The translations under genes were made by a program, and so were the position numbers. Of a DNA stretch of 64,000 bases, positions 49,130-57,902 are shown one piece after another (position 1 is the first letter of the stretch; each line of letters begins with the position of its first letter). The notes below the pieces were generated by a model. That model did no database searches. It was not told the DNA's origin and saw nothing but the letters and a program-made list of their open reading frames with translations. Source of the DNA: Spirochaetota bacterium (lineage in GTDB: Bacteria > Spirochaetota > UBA12135 > COTS27 > CBDBHE01). The stretch spans positions 64,001-128,000 of the forward strand of contig CBDBHE010000006.1 in the NCBI GenBank assembly GCA_965205605.1. The letters are read 5' to 3'.

Positions 49130-49744
49130 GTGATTGTATCAATGAAATTAATTAGAAAAGACTTTCAAGTAATTGAAAACTGTATTGAACAAGGGGCAAA
49201 AGTTCTTGATTTGGGCTGTGGGGATGGAAGTCTTTTGGATTATTTGAAGCATCAAAAAAAAATTATGGCTAGAGGAATTGAAATCAATCTTAGTAAAGTT
49301 GATAAATGTTTGAAGAAAAAAATTTCTGTTTATCACGGAGAAATAGTAGAAGGTTTATCTTTGTATTCGAGTGATTTTTTTGATGTTATTATTTTAAGTC
49401 GTACGATTCAAGAAATTGCTAATTTAAAGCAAGTTTTAAATGAAATATTTCGAGTTGGCAAAAAAGTAATTCTTGGGTTTATTAATTATGGTTATTATCG
49501 AAATCGAATGCATTTTTTTTTAAAAGGAACTAAACCAACTAATGAAGCCTTTCCTCATTATTGGTATGATACCCCTAATATTCGATTTCTTAGTATTCGA
49601 GAGTTTGAATCTTACTGTAAAGCAGAAAATCTTAAAATTATTAAAAGATTTTTTTTAAAAGGAGATTGGTTTAAGAAGGCCGTTTTTTTTCATAATTTGT
49701 TTGCAGGGTATGCAATTTATTTTCTGAAAAAAAAACCTAGTTAA
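49130..49744 (+). CDS. metW: Methionine biosynthesis protein MetW (likely start ATG 49142)
   Basis: RKDFQVI, VLDLGCGDG, WYDTPNIR. Follows metX. Confidence 0.93.
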   Translation: MIVSMKLIRKDFQVIENCIEQGAKVLDLGCGDGSLLDYLKHQKKIMARGIEINLSKVDKCLKKKISVYHGEIVEGLSLYSSDFFDVIILSRTIQEIANLKQVLNEIFRVGKKVILGFINYGYYRNRMHFFLKGTKPTNEAFPHYWYDTPNIRFLSIREFESYCKAENLKIIKRFFLKGDWFKKAVFFHNLFAGYAIYFLKKKPS

Positions 49745-50697
49745 TGAAAATTTGAAGAAATTTGATTTAAAAAATCAATTGAAATTTCAGTAATTTTCTT
49801 TGTTGGCTTTGATATCATTGTTTGGTTAGAAAAGCGATAGTGGTGTATTTTTTTAACTTTATAAAGCTTTTTATGTTTACTGCCTAATTGATTAAATCGT
49901 TTAAATAAATTAATAAGACTGATTTCTTTACTTTTAGCTTTGTATAAAATCATCGTGGGAGCGTTAATTTTATGATAATCAATGCTTTTTGAAAATTGAA
50001 TCAATTGGGTGATAGGTTTTAGTATTTTTGTGGGGTAAGATATTGTATAAGTATTTTTTTCTTTACTTATTAATTGAATAAACTGATTTTTACCTAAAAA
50101 CAATTCTCCCAAAAACGTGCCTCCTGGAAGAGAAAAAAGAATCCATTCTTTTTTTGGAGATGCGAATAAAGGAGAAATAAGAATCATCGCTTTGATTTTT
50201 TCCCCATAAATTGAAGCAAGATAACAGGCCACTAAAGCGCCCATTCCTGTTGCAATAATGATTGTTTTTTCTCCTAAAAGATGGCTGACTTCTAAAGCTT
50301 CTTTGCCATCTGCTAACCAATCTTGTAAATCAACTTTCTTAAGAGCTTGCTTGTTTCTTCCATGCCCTTTAAATCTATTGTAAAAAATGTTGGCTTTAAA
50401 TTCTTTTCTGATTTTTTCACAAACGCTATGCATCTCTCGCTTACGGTCTAAAAAATCATGCAGATATAAAATACAAATGGGGGTTTTTTTTCTTTCTTCT
50501 TTAAACCATTTGATTGTTTTTTTATTATTTGGGTTTAAGTCTGAGTATTGTTTTTCTTTTTCATTAATGGTGGCTTGTACTTTTTGTGTAGTAGAAGGAG
50601 GGGAAGCAACAAGAATGGGATTTTTTTTTGATATTTTAGTATAAATGTGAATGGTTAGATAGAGAATGATAAGGGTATAAAAAAAGTTTAAGAGCAT
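49741..50697 (-). CDS. Alpha/beta-hydrolase-fold protein, catalytic triad apparently degenerate
   Basis: LYLHDF, RFKGHG, DWLADG.EAL, ILISP. The nucleophile elbow reads IATGMG rather than GxSxG. Confidence 0.75.
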   Translation of the reverse strand: MLLNFFYTLIILYLTIHIYTKISKKNPILVASPPSTTQKVQATINEKEKQYSDLNPNNKKTIKWFKEERKKTPICILYLHDFLDRKREMHSVCEKIRKEFKANIFYNRFKGHGRNKQALKKVDLQDWLADGKEALEVSHLLGEKTIIIATGMGALVACYLASIYGEKIKAMILISPLFASPKKEWILFSLPGGTFLGELFLGKNQFIQLISKEKNTYTISYPTKILKPITQLIQFSKSIDYHKINAPTMILYKAKSKEISLINLFKRFNQLGSKHKKLYKVKKIHHYRFSNQTMISKPTKKITEISIDFLNQISSNFH

Positions 50698-50740
50698 TAA
50701 AATTATTTTTTATGATGATTTTTAAGATAAATAAATCCTT

Positions 50741-51904
50741 TTATTTGACAGGTTTTGGAAGAAAATTTTGAAAAAATTTGAGATTAAATGAATTCATAGA
50801 AATGATTAGGTGTTCTATAACACTTGATTGAATCGTTTCATAAAGGCTCCAATCAGTTTCGGTAATAAAAGCATGAATCTCTAAAACAAGTCCTTTTTCG
50901 TCAATTGTTTTATATTTTGTGACGATAGGGGATTCTTTAGAAATGCTTGGGTGTTTTTTTAAATACAATAGAATGTAATTTCTGAAAGATTCAAGATTGT
51001 TGATGGGGGGGGGGTGTTTTAACACATTTTTTATATTGGGATTAGTTGTTGTTATAGACTGTTTTTCTTTTTGAGTTAAAGGGTGGATGCTTTGTAGATC
51101 AATAGGAATTGTTTTTTTCATTTTTCTTTTTTTTGAGATTTGCATAAAACGATAATTTTTAAAAGGTTCTGAAATTAAAATATAAGCAGGTAAACACGTT
51201 ATTGTGTTATCCCAATTTTTTATTTTGATGGTATTTAGCGTAATTTCTAATACTTTGCCATCAATATTGTATTTTGGAATCTTAATCCAATCATTAATAC
51301 GTAGCATGTCGTAAGTTGTAATTTGAATACTTGCAACAAATCCTAAGATCGTATCTTTAAAAACAAAAATAATAATGGCAGTTAAAGCTCCAATACCACT
51401 TAAAATTGTAAGAGGGGATTGGTTCATTAGGGTACCAATAGAATATAAAGTGGCTAGTGTGTAGAGAGTGATTCTTAATACTTGAAAAAAAATTTTAAGA
51501 GGGTGATTTTTATAAATTTGAGTTTTTTGATAAAATTTTTCAAATGTTTTAATAAAGGTTTCTAAGATTAAAACTAAAATAACAATGAGGTAAATAAGCA
51601 CTATTTTTATTATTAGAGTTTGGCTCGGGTTTTTTTGGGTCAAAAAGGAGTAGAAAGTAAGACCTAAAATTAATAAAGTAATATAACTTAAAAGATTATT
51701 TTTAATTAAAATAGAAATCCATTTAAATTTTTTGGCTATTTTGGTAATAGAATAAATAAGTGTCTTTTTGATGATTAGATAAAAAAAACCAATAAAGCCA
51801 ATAAAAATAAATAGTAAAGATAAAGTACTAATAAAAGTATTGGTAAAGAGATATTGATAAAAAAAATTAAGAAAGCTAATTGTTATTTTTGGTAAGTTTT
51901 CCAT
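50741..51904 (-). CDS. MscS-family mechanosensitive channel (YbdG-like)
   Basis: GIGALTAIIIFVFKDTILGFVASIQI, DMLRINDWI, KIKNWDNTIT, FKNYR.M. Confidence 0.92.
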   Translation of the reverse strand: MENLPKITISFLNFFYQYLFTNTFISTLSLLFIFIGFIGFFYLIIKKTLIYSITKIAKKFKWISILIKNNLLSYITLLILGLTFYSFLTQKNPSQTLIIKIVLIYLIVILVLILETFIKTFEKFYQKTQIYKNHPLKIFFQVLRITLYTLATLYSIGTLMNQSPLTILSGIGALTAIIIFVFKDTILGFVASIQITTYDMLRINDWIKIPKYNIDGKVLEITLNTIKIKNWDNTITCLPAYILISEPFKNYRFMQISKKRKMKKTIPIDLQSIHPLTQKEKQSITTTNPNIKNVLKHPPPINNLESFRNYILLYLKKHPSISKESPIVTKYKTIDEKGLVLEIHAFITETDWSLYETIQSSVIEHLIISMNSFNLKFFQNFLPKPVK

Positions 51905-51959
51905 AAAGATTGATTATTTTACTATTTTTAAGAATTTATAAAATAAAAGAAAAAAAACC

Positions 51960-52823
51960 TTAAAGAGATTTAAGGATATCTTGTATTTGTTCAAAACGGT
52001 TAAGGCAATAAAAATGAATACCGGGAACGTTTGATTTTAAAAGTTCTTGGCATTGCTTGATTGCATAATGAGTCCCGATAGCTTTAATTTTTTTTGAATC
52101 ATTTTGATGAGTCTCCATTTGTTTGAGAAGACTTTTTGGGAGTTTAGTACCACAAAGTTGTGTGAATTTTTTGATTTGCTTGGCATTACTAATAGGCATA
52201 ATACCTGGGATAATAGGTTTATTAATACCCATTTTTTTTGCTTCTTTGACGAAATTAAAATATTGTTGATTATCAAAAAACATTTGAGTAATAATAAAAT
52301 CGCTTCCCGAATTGATTTTATTATTAAGGTTTTTTAAATCTTCTTTAAAAGAAGGGGCTTCAGGGTGTTTTTCAGGATATCCAGCTACAGCAATGGAGAC
52401 ATTATTATTAATTTCTCTCATTAATTGAATAAGCTCATACGCATAGGAAAAGCCGCCATCTTTTTTTTTAAATTTTTTTTCTCCTTTTGGCGGATCGCCT
52501 CTTAAGAGAACATAATTTTCAATGCCTATTTCTAAAAAGTTTGTAAGGTCTTTTTTGATTTCTTCTTTAGTATGCCCCACACATGTATAGTGAGCCATGG
52601 TTGTGACTAAAAGCGTGTTTTGAACGTAACGACACAAATCAAAAGAAACATCTCTCGTAGAACCCCCAGACCCATAAGTAATTGAGATGTAAGAGGGGTT
52701 TAGGTTTTTTAGCTTTTCTAAAGTAAGGCCTAAAGAAAGAGTTGCTTGTAGATTTTTAGGTGGAAAAATTTCAAATGAGAAAATAGATCTTTTGTTGTGC
52801 TTGATGATTTCTATAAGGCTCAA
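51960..52823 (-). CDS. metF: 5,10-methylenetetrahydrofolate reductase
   Basis: SFEIFPPK, TYGSGGST, LRGDPP, AGYPEKHPE, ITQMFFD, IPGIMP, HFYCLN. Confidence 0.96.
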   Translation of the reverse strand: MSLIEIIKHNKRSIFSFEIFPPKNLQATLSLGLTLEKLKNLNPSYISITYGSGGSTRDVSFDLCRYVQNTLLVTTMAHYTCVGHTKEEIKKDLTNFLEIGIENYVLLRGDPPKGEKKFKKKDGGFSYAYELIQLMREINNNVSIAVAGYPEKHPEAPSFKEDLKNLNNKINSGSDFIITQMFFDNQQYFNFVKEAKKMGINKPIIPGIMPISNAKQIKKFTQLCGTKLPKSLLKQMETHQNDSKKIKAIGTHYAIKQCQELLKSNVPGIHFYCLNRFEQIQDILKSL

Positions 52824-52835
52824 AACAAATTGCTT

Positions 52836-54401
52836 TTACTTTTTTATTTTTTGAAATTTTTTTATAAGAATAGACGTTATTTTTGAATTTTTCTCAATGA
52901 CATTTGTTTCTTCTTTGATATCTTTAGAAAGGTCAAAAAGGTGATAAGGTTTTTTAAAAGGAATTCCCTTTGGTTTTTCTCTTCCTCCGGATCCATTCCC
53001 TAAAACTAATTTCCAATGATTATCACGAATGGAAAACATGCCTTTATGAGAATACATGATAATAGGAGGTCTTTTTTCTTCTTTTTGCTTAATTAAAGCT
53101 GATAAGAAGCTATAACTGTCTTCACTAATTCCTTTTTTAATTTTCTTTTCTCCTAGTAGAGCTGCACAAGTATTAAAAATATCGACTAGAGAGACGATTT
53201 TTTTAGATTGTGAGTTGGCTTTAATTTTACTAGGCCATCTGACAAAAAAAGGCACTCGATGACCGGCTTCCCAAATGTCAGCTTTGGTTCCTCTGAAAAC
53301 GTGGTTTGCTTTGTGATGGGTTTCTTTGTATCTTTGGATCTTAGAGTCGCTGACGTGATCGTTTGGAGCTTCTTTTGGAAGGCGATACATAAAAGAACCA
53401 TTATCACTTGTGATAAAGACGATGGTATTTTTCTTAATGCCTTTATTGTCAATGGCTTTAATAATTTGTCCAATAGACCAGTCTGTTTGATGAATAAAAT
53501 CTCCATAAGGCCCTAATTTTGTTTTATTTTGAAATCTTTTATGAACTAAAACAGGTTTATGTGGAGAAGTTAGAGGAATATAAAGAAAGAATGGATTTTT
53601 TGAAGTTGTTTTTTTAATGTATTCAGTTGATTTCTCTACAATTGTGTCTAAGCAATCAACAGGGGAAAAGTTTGGAGAGATTGGCCCTGAACGCATAAAA
53701 TTAGGGAATTTTGTTTTTTTATATGTTTGTGTAGGTAATTCTGTAATGAGATTATTTTCAATGTAAGCATAAGGAGGCATATCTAATGAAGCACTGATAC
53801 CGAAATAATAATCAAATCCTTTTTCGTTAGGGCCATTTTTAATTGGTTTTGAAAAATCCAAGGTGTCCGTAGGGTAGTCTTTAAAGAATGTATAGGGTGC
53901 TTTTTCTTTTACTTCTTTAAGCCTTTTTTTTAAAAATTTTTGATCCTTTACATGAAAATCCATCCCTAAATGCCATTTTCCAATACAAGCGGTTTGATAC
54001 CCTTTTTCTTTCAAAAATGAAGCTAAAGTAACTCGATTCTTTTTAATCAAATGAGGACTACCTCCGCCTAAAACGTTTTTTTTAAGCTCACTTCTCCAAG
54101 GATATCGACCTGTTAAAAGTCCATAGCGTGTTGGTGTGCATACAGAAGAAGGCGTATGAGCGTCCACAAAACTCATTCCTTCTTTTGCAAATTGATTTAA
54201 GTAAGGGGTTGGTATTTTGCTGTCTTTGTTTAAAGCTTGTACATCTCCATATCCCATGTCATCTGCTAAAATAATAACAATGTTAGGTTTTTCATTTTTT
54301 AAAACAAAATTAGCTTCTTTGCTTTCTTTAGCACAATGGGTACTTAGTAAGAAAACTAATAAACATAACGGAAAAAAGTTTTTTTTAATCAATAGATTCA
54401 T
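52836..54401 (-). CDS. Cys-type (formylglycine) sulfatase, probable lipoprotein
   Basis: PNIVIILADDMGYGD, CTPTR (CxPxR), GKWHLG, PH, SDNG, EAGHRVP. The signal ends LSTH-C. Confidence 0.93.
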   Translation of the reverse strand: MNLLIKKNFFPLCLLVFLLSTHCAKESKEANFVLKNEKPNIVIILADDMGYGDVQALNKDSKIPTPYLNQFAKEGMSFVDAHTPSSVCTPTRYGLLTGRYPWRSELKKNVLGGGSPHLIKKNRVTLASFLKEKGYQTACIGKWHLGMDFHVKDQKFLKKRLKEVKEKAPYTFFKDYPTDTLDFSKPIKNGPNEKGFDYYFGISASLDMPPYAYIENNLITELPTQTYKKTKFPNFMRSGPISPNFSPVDCLDTIVEKSTEYIKKTTSKNPFFLYIPLTSPHKPVLVHKRFQNKTKLGPYGDFIHQTDWSIGQIIKAIDNKGIKKNTIVFITSDNGSFMYRLPKEAPNDHVSDSKIQRYKETHHKANHVFRGTKADIWEAGHRVPFFVRWPSKIKANSQSKKIVSLVDIFNTCAALLGEKKIKKGISEDSYSFLSALIKQKEEKRPPIIMYSHKGMFSIRDNHWKLVLGNGSGGREKPKGIPFKKPYHLFDLSKDIKEETNVIEKNSKITSILIKKFQKIKK

Positions 54402-54435
54402 AATAATACCTCTCTTTTTTAAAGTTTATAATGAT

Positions 54436-55440
54436 TTAAAAAATTTCGCCACTACAACTAGATCCCGACCCAGCCGTACATCCATAACAGTGATTACCTA
54501 CAGCAATTTGACGCGTTTTTATTTTATCAGTATCCCAATGATTTATGTGGTCAATGGGTTTTGTTTTCATTTCTAGCATTTGATTAAAATCACAATCATA
54601 AATAAATCCATCATAACCAATAGAAATTTGATTGCGACACATTAAAAAGGGAATCGTATTAATGTTAAAGGCATTTTTTAAAATTTCCATATAGTGATTC
54701 AATTTATTTTTTCTAACTAAAGAGGCTAGAAAACGACTAATGGGCATATTATTGATACAATAAAGATGATTAAAAACAATTTTATGTTTCGCCTTTAAGT
54801 TTTCTTTAAATTCTCTTTCTAATTGCTCTTGAGAACTACTTAAAAAAATACCCGTTGGGTTATAAACAAGATTAAGAGGAAGGTTTTTTTCTTTTCCATA
54901 ACCTAATTGATTTAGTTTTTTTAACGCAGTAATTGATTTATCAAAAATACCCTTGCCTCGTTGCTGGTCTGTTCGAAGAGCAGAGTAGTGAGGTAAGGAG
55001 GCGATAATTTCGACTTGGTGTTTTTTTAAAAAATAATGAAGATCTGTATACCCTTCTTCTTCTAAAATGGTTAAATTACAGCGATCAATAACGTGCTTAT
55101 TAAGACTACTGAAGGACTCAACGAGGTATTTAAAGTGTTGATTAATTTCAGGGGCTCCTCCTGTAATATCAATGACCTCTACTTCATTTCCAAGAGATTT
55201 AACAATCTCAACACATTTCTGAGCTGTTTGTAAACTCATTGATTCTGTTCTAATTGGAGAAGCATCAACATGGCAGTGATGACAAGCTTGATTACAAATT
55301 TTTCCAACGTTGATTTGAAAAACTTTGAGATTAAATGATTTTAATGTTTTTTCTTTATGGGCTTCTAAAGTCTTTGTAAAAGATTTTGGTTCAAATTGAT
55401 TTAAAATTTCTTTTTGTTTTTGAGTGGATAAATGACTCAT
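54436..55440 (-). CDS. arsS: ArsS-like radical SAM protein (arsenosugar biosynthesis family), Cys form
   Basis: QINVGKICNQACHHCHVDASP, DITGGAPE, IDRCNLTIL, LVYNP, NMPISRF, YDCDFNQML, HCYGCTAGSGSSC. Confidence 0.85.
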   Translation of the reverse strand: MSHLSTQKQKEILNQFEPKSFTKTLEAHKEKTLKSFNLKVFQINVGKICNQACHHCHVDASPIRTESMSLQTAQKCVEIVKSLGNEVEVIDITGGAPEINQHFKYLVESFSSLNKHVIDRCNLTILEEEGYTDLHYFLKKHQVEIIASLPHYSALRTDQQRGKGIFDKSITALKKLNQLGYGKEKNLPLNLVYNPTGIFLSSSQEQLEREFKENLKAKHKIVFNHLYCINNMPISRFLASLVRKNKLNHYMEILKNAFNINTIPFLMCRNQISIGYDGFIYDCDFNQMLEMKTKPIDHINHWDTDKIKTRQIAVGNHCYGCTAGSGSSCSGEIF

Positions 55441-55449
55441 AAAATTTAT

Positions 55450-55791
55450 TTATAAGTTGATTTCGTCAACCTTATTCATCATTTGAACACTATGAACAAG
55501 TGTAATCCCCGCTAACATAGATGCTGCGACATGAACGGCTTCATTCATTTGTTCTTCATCTGCTCCTTTTTCAAGGCAAGTTTTTGAGTAAGTATCAATA
55601 CAATAAGGGCATTTTAAAGCATGAGAAACTGCCAAAGCAATCAGAGATTTTTCTCTTTCACTTAAAGCTCCCGCTTTCATAGTGCTATTGTAGTAGTCAA
55701 AAAACTTGTCCCCTAGCTCTTTGTTAACTCGAGCAATATTGGAGAATTTATTTAAATCACCTGTATTATAATAATGATGGTTATTTTCCAT
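55450..55791 (-). CDS. AhpD/CMD-family peroxidase-like protein (ArsS-associated type)
   Basis: YY...DL.KF, KFFDYY, GALSEREKSLIALAV, CPYCID, EAVHVAA...G.TLVH.VQM. Confidence 0.88.
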   Translation of the reverse strand: MENNHHYYNTGDLNKFSNIARVNKELGDKFFDYYNSTMKAGALSEREKSLIALAVSHALKCPYCIDTYSKTCLEKGADEEQMNEAVHVAASMLAGITLVHSVQMMNKVDEINL

Positions 55792-55936
55792 AATGAAAGT
55801 TGTTTGAGTAAGATAGCTTATAACATTAAAAGGTTTTTTTAATAAGTTTTTTTGATTCTTTTAAATAAAAATAAAAATTTTTTACAATTTAAGGAGATTA
55901 AGCTATAGTAAAAATAAAAATTAAATTTTTATAAAA

Positions 55937-56766
55937 ATGTTTTTCTTTTTACCCAAAAACAATCGTTATTACAGGGACTACCAAAGGGCTTTGGCAAAGC
56001 TCTTTTGGAAATTTTTTTGCAACGAAATCATAGAGTTATTTCTATTTCTAGAAGTTTAAAAGAAGTTGCTTTTTATCAAAAAAAATACCCTAATAATTTT
56101 GTGAGTTTATACGCAAATCTTTCAGAGCCAAAGTCTGTTTTAAAAATAAAGTCTGATTTAAATCGTTATGCTATTGATGTTTTGATTCATAATGCCGGTT
56201 ATGGCGAAATAGGCCCTCTCGAACTGGTTTCTTTGGATAAAATTAGAATGGAGTTTGAAGTGAATGTTTTTTCTTCTCTATCTCTTTCAAAAATGATCAT
56301 TCCTATTATGAGAGAAAGCAGAGGAGGTCTTATTATTCATGTTGGTTCTAGTGCGGGGTTTATTAGTACCCCTTTTAATGGAGCATATGCAGCTAGTAAG
56401 CATGCTTTAGAAGCGATAAATGATGCACTGAGAGTGGAGCTTAGGGCTTTTAATATTGGAGTGGTGCTTTTTCAAGCAGGGAAACTTAAAACAAGTTATC
56501 AACAAAAAATTATAAAACTAGCAGGTCAATATTTAAAATTTAAAAATCCTTATAAAACTAGTTTTGATTTGTTTATGAAAAATGAAAAAAAAAATAAAGG
56601 AAATGAAGTTTATAAGCTAACTAGAAAAATTGTTCAAATAGTGGAAAAGAATAAAAAAGCAGGTCGTTTAAAAATAGATTTTTATACAAAACTACTTTAC
56701 TTAATAAGGATTTTTTTTCCTTATTGGCTGCAAGATTTTTTAGTGGCTAAAAGAAATAAACTTTAG
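55937..56766 (+). pseudogene. SDR oxidoreductase with two +1 frameshifts near the 5' end (pseudogene or sequencing error)
   Basis: ATG 55937 is in frame 2, PKTIVITGTTKG in frame 3, and FGKALLE...HNAG...YAASK in frame 1. The TGxxxGxG motif is split at 55983-55990. Confidence 0.8.
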
Positions 56767-56817
56767 TTTTTTTAAAGAATTGATTTTATCTCTTAAAAAT
56801 AGTGCTTGGGTTTTACT

Positions 56818-57892
56818 TTGAAGATTGCGATGTTGCTTTCTGGAGGAGTGGATAGTTCGGTTGCACTTCATCTTTTAAAAAAAAAACATTCTTCTATCAA
56901 AGCTTTTTATTTAAAAATTTGGCTTCAAAACGAATTTATTTCTTTAGGTGATTGCCCTTGGGAAGAAGACCTTTTTTTTGTCAAACAAATTTGTAAACAA
57001 GAAAATGTGCCTTTAGAAGTTATCTCTCTTCAAGAAGAATATTGGTCTTTAGTGGTTGATTATGTTTTAAAAGAAGTGAAAGCAGGTAGAACGCCTAATC
57101 CTGATATTTATTGTAATTCTCTTATTAAATTTGATGCTTTTTTTAAGAAAATCCCGGCTTCTTTTGATAAAGTTGCTACAGGACATTACGCTAAAGTTTC
57201 TTATGAAAGCAATCAAGCAAAACTAATGTGTGCTAAAGATACGTTAAAAGATCAAACCTATTTTTTAGCTTTTCTTAAAGCAACACCAACTTAGTCGAGC
57301 TCTTTTTCCTTTAGAGAGGTATCTTAAAAAAGAAGTTAGAGCAATTGCTAGTAAAGTAAAATTTCCAAATGATAAACGAAAAGATAGTCAAGGGATTTGT
57401 TTTTTGGGTAAAGTCAAATTTAGAGAGTTTTTAAAATACCACTTAGGAGAAAAAAAAGGTAGGATTATTAACCGTGATAATCATCAAATAATAGGAAGGC
57501 ATCAAGGGCAGTGGTTTTATACCATTGGACAACGCCATGGACTCGGTCTTTCAGGAGGGCCTTGGTATGTGGTGGGTAAAGATGTGGGAGCTAATGTAGT
57601 TTATATTTCTAATAAAAACTCAATTGCTTTAAAAAAATCTTTCTTTAAAATAGAAAATTGCCAGTGGACATCAGCAGAGAGGATTAAAGAGAGTAGCAAA
57701 GAAGGAGAGGGCTTAAAAGTAAAAATAAGACATGGAGCTTTATTTTTTAATTGTTGCCTTAAAATGAAAGCTGATTTATTTTCAGGAGAAGTGTTACTTG
57801 AGCAGACAGATGCTGGGATTGCCGATGGACAGTTTGCTGTTTTTTATTTTAAGAAAGAATGCCTTGGAGGAGGGGTGATTAAAACGACATGA
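56818..57892 (+). CDS. mnmA: tRNA 2-thiouridylase MnmA interrupted by a +1 frameshift at ~57274-57280
   Basis: Frame 1: LSGGVDSS, TPNPDIYCN, ATGHYA, KDQTYFL. Frame 2 continues KQHQLSRALFPL...KDSQGICFLG...YTIGQR.GLG...GQFAVFY...CLGGG. Confidence 0.92.
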
Positions 57893-57902
57893 AATAAAAT
57901 GA

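Noticed and set aside
54436-55440. Selenocysteine in the ArsS-like protein
   Set aside because: The C-terminal GSSC uses a Cys codon, the gene ends in TAA, and there is no in-frame TGA.
14001-57892. Stop-codon reassignment in an AT-rich genome
   Set aside because: Conserved genes translate full length in code 11, Trp is encoded by TGG, and TGA occurs at plausible gene ends (amidase, TPR, mnmA).
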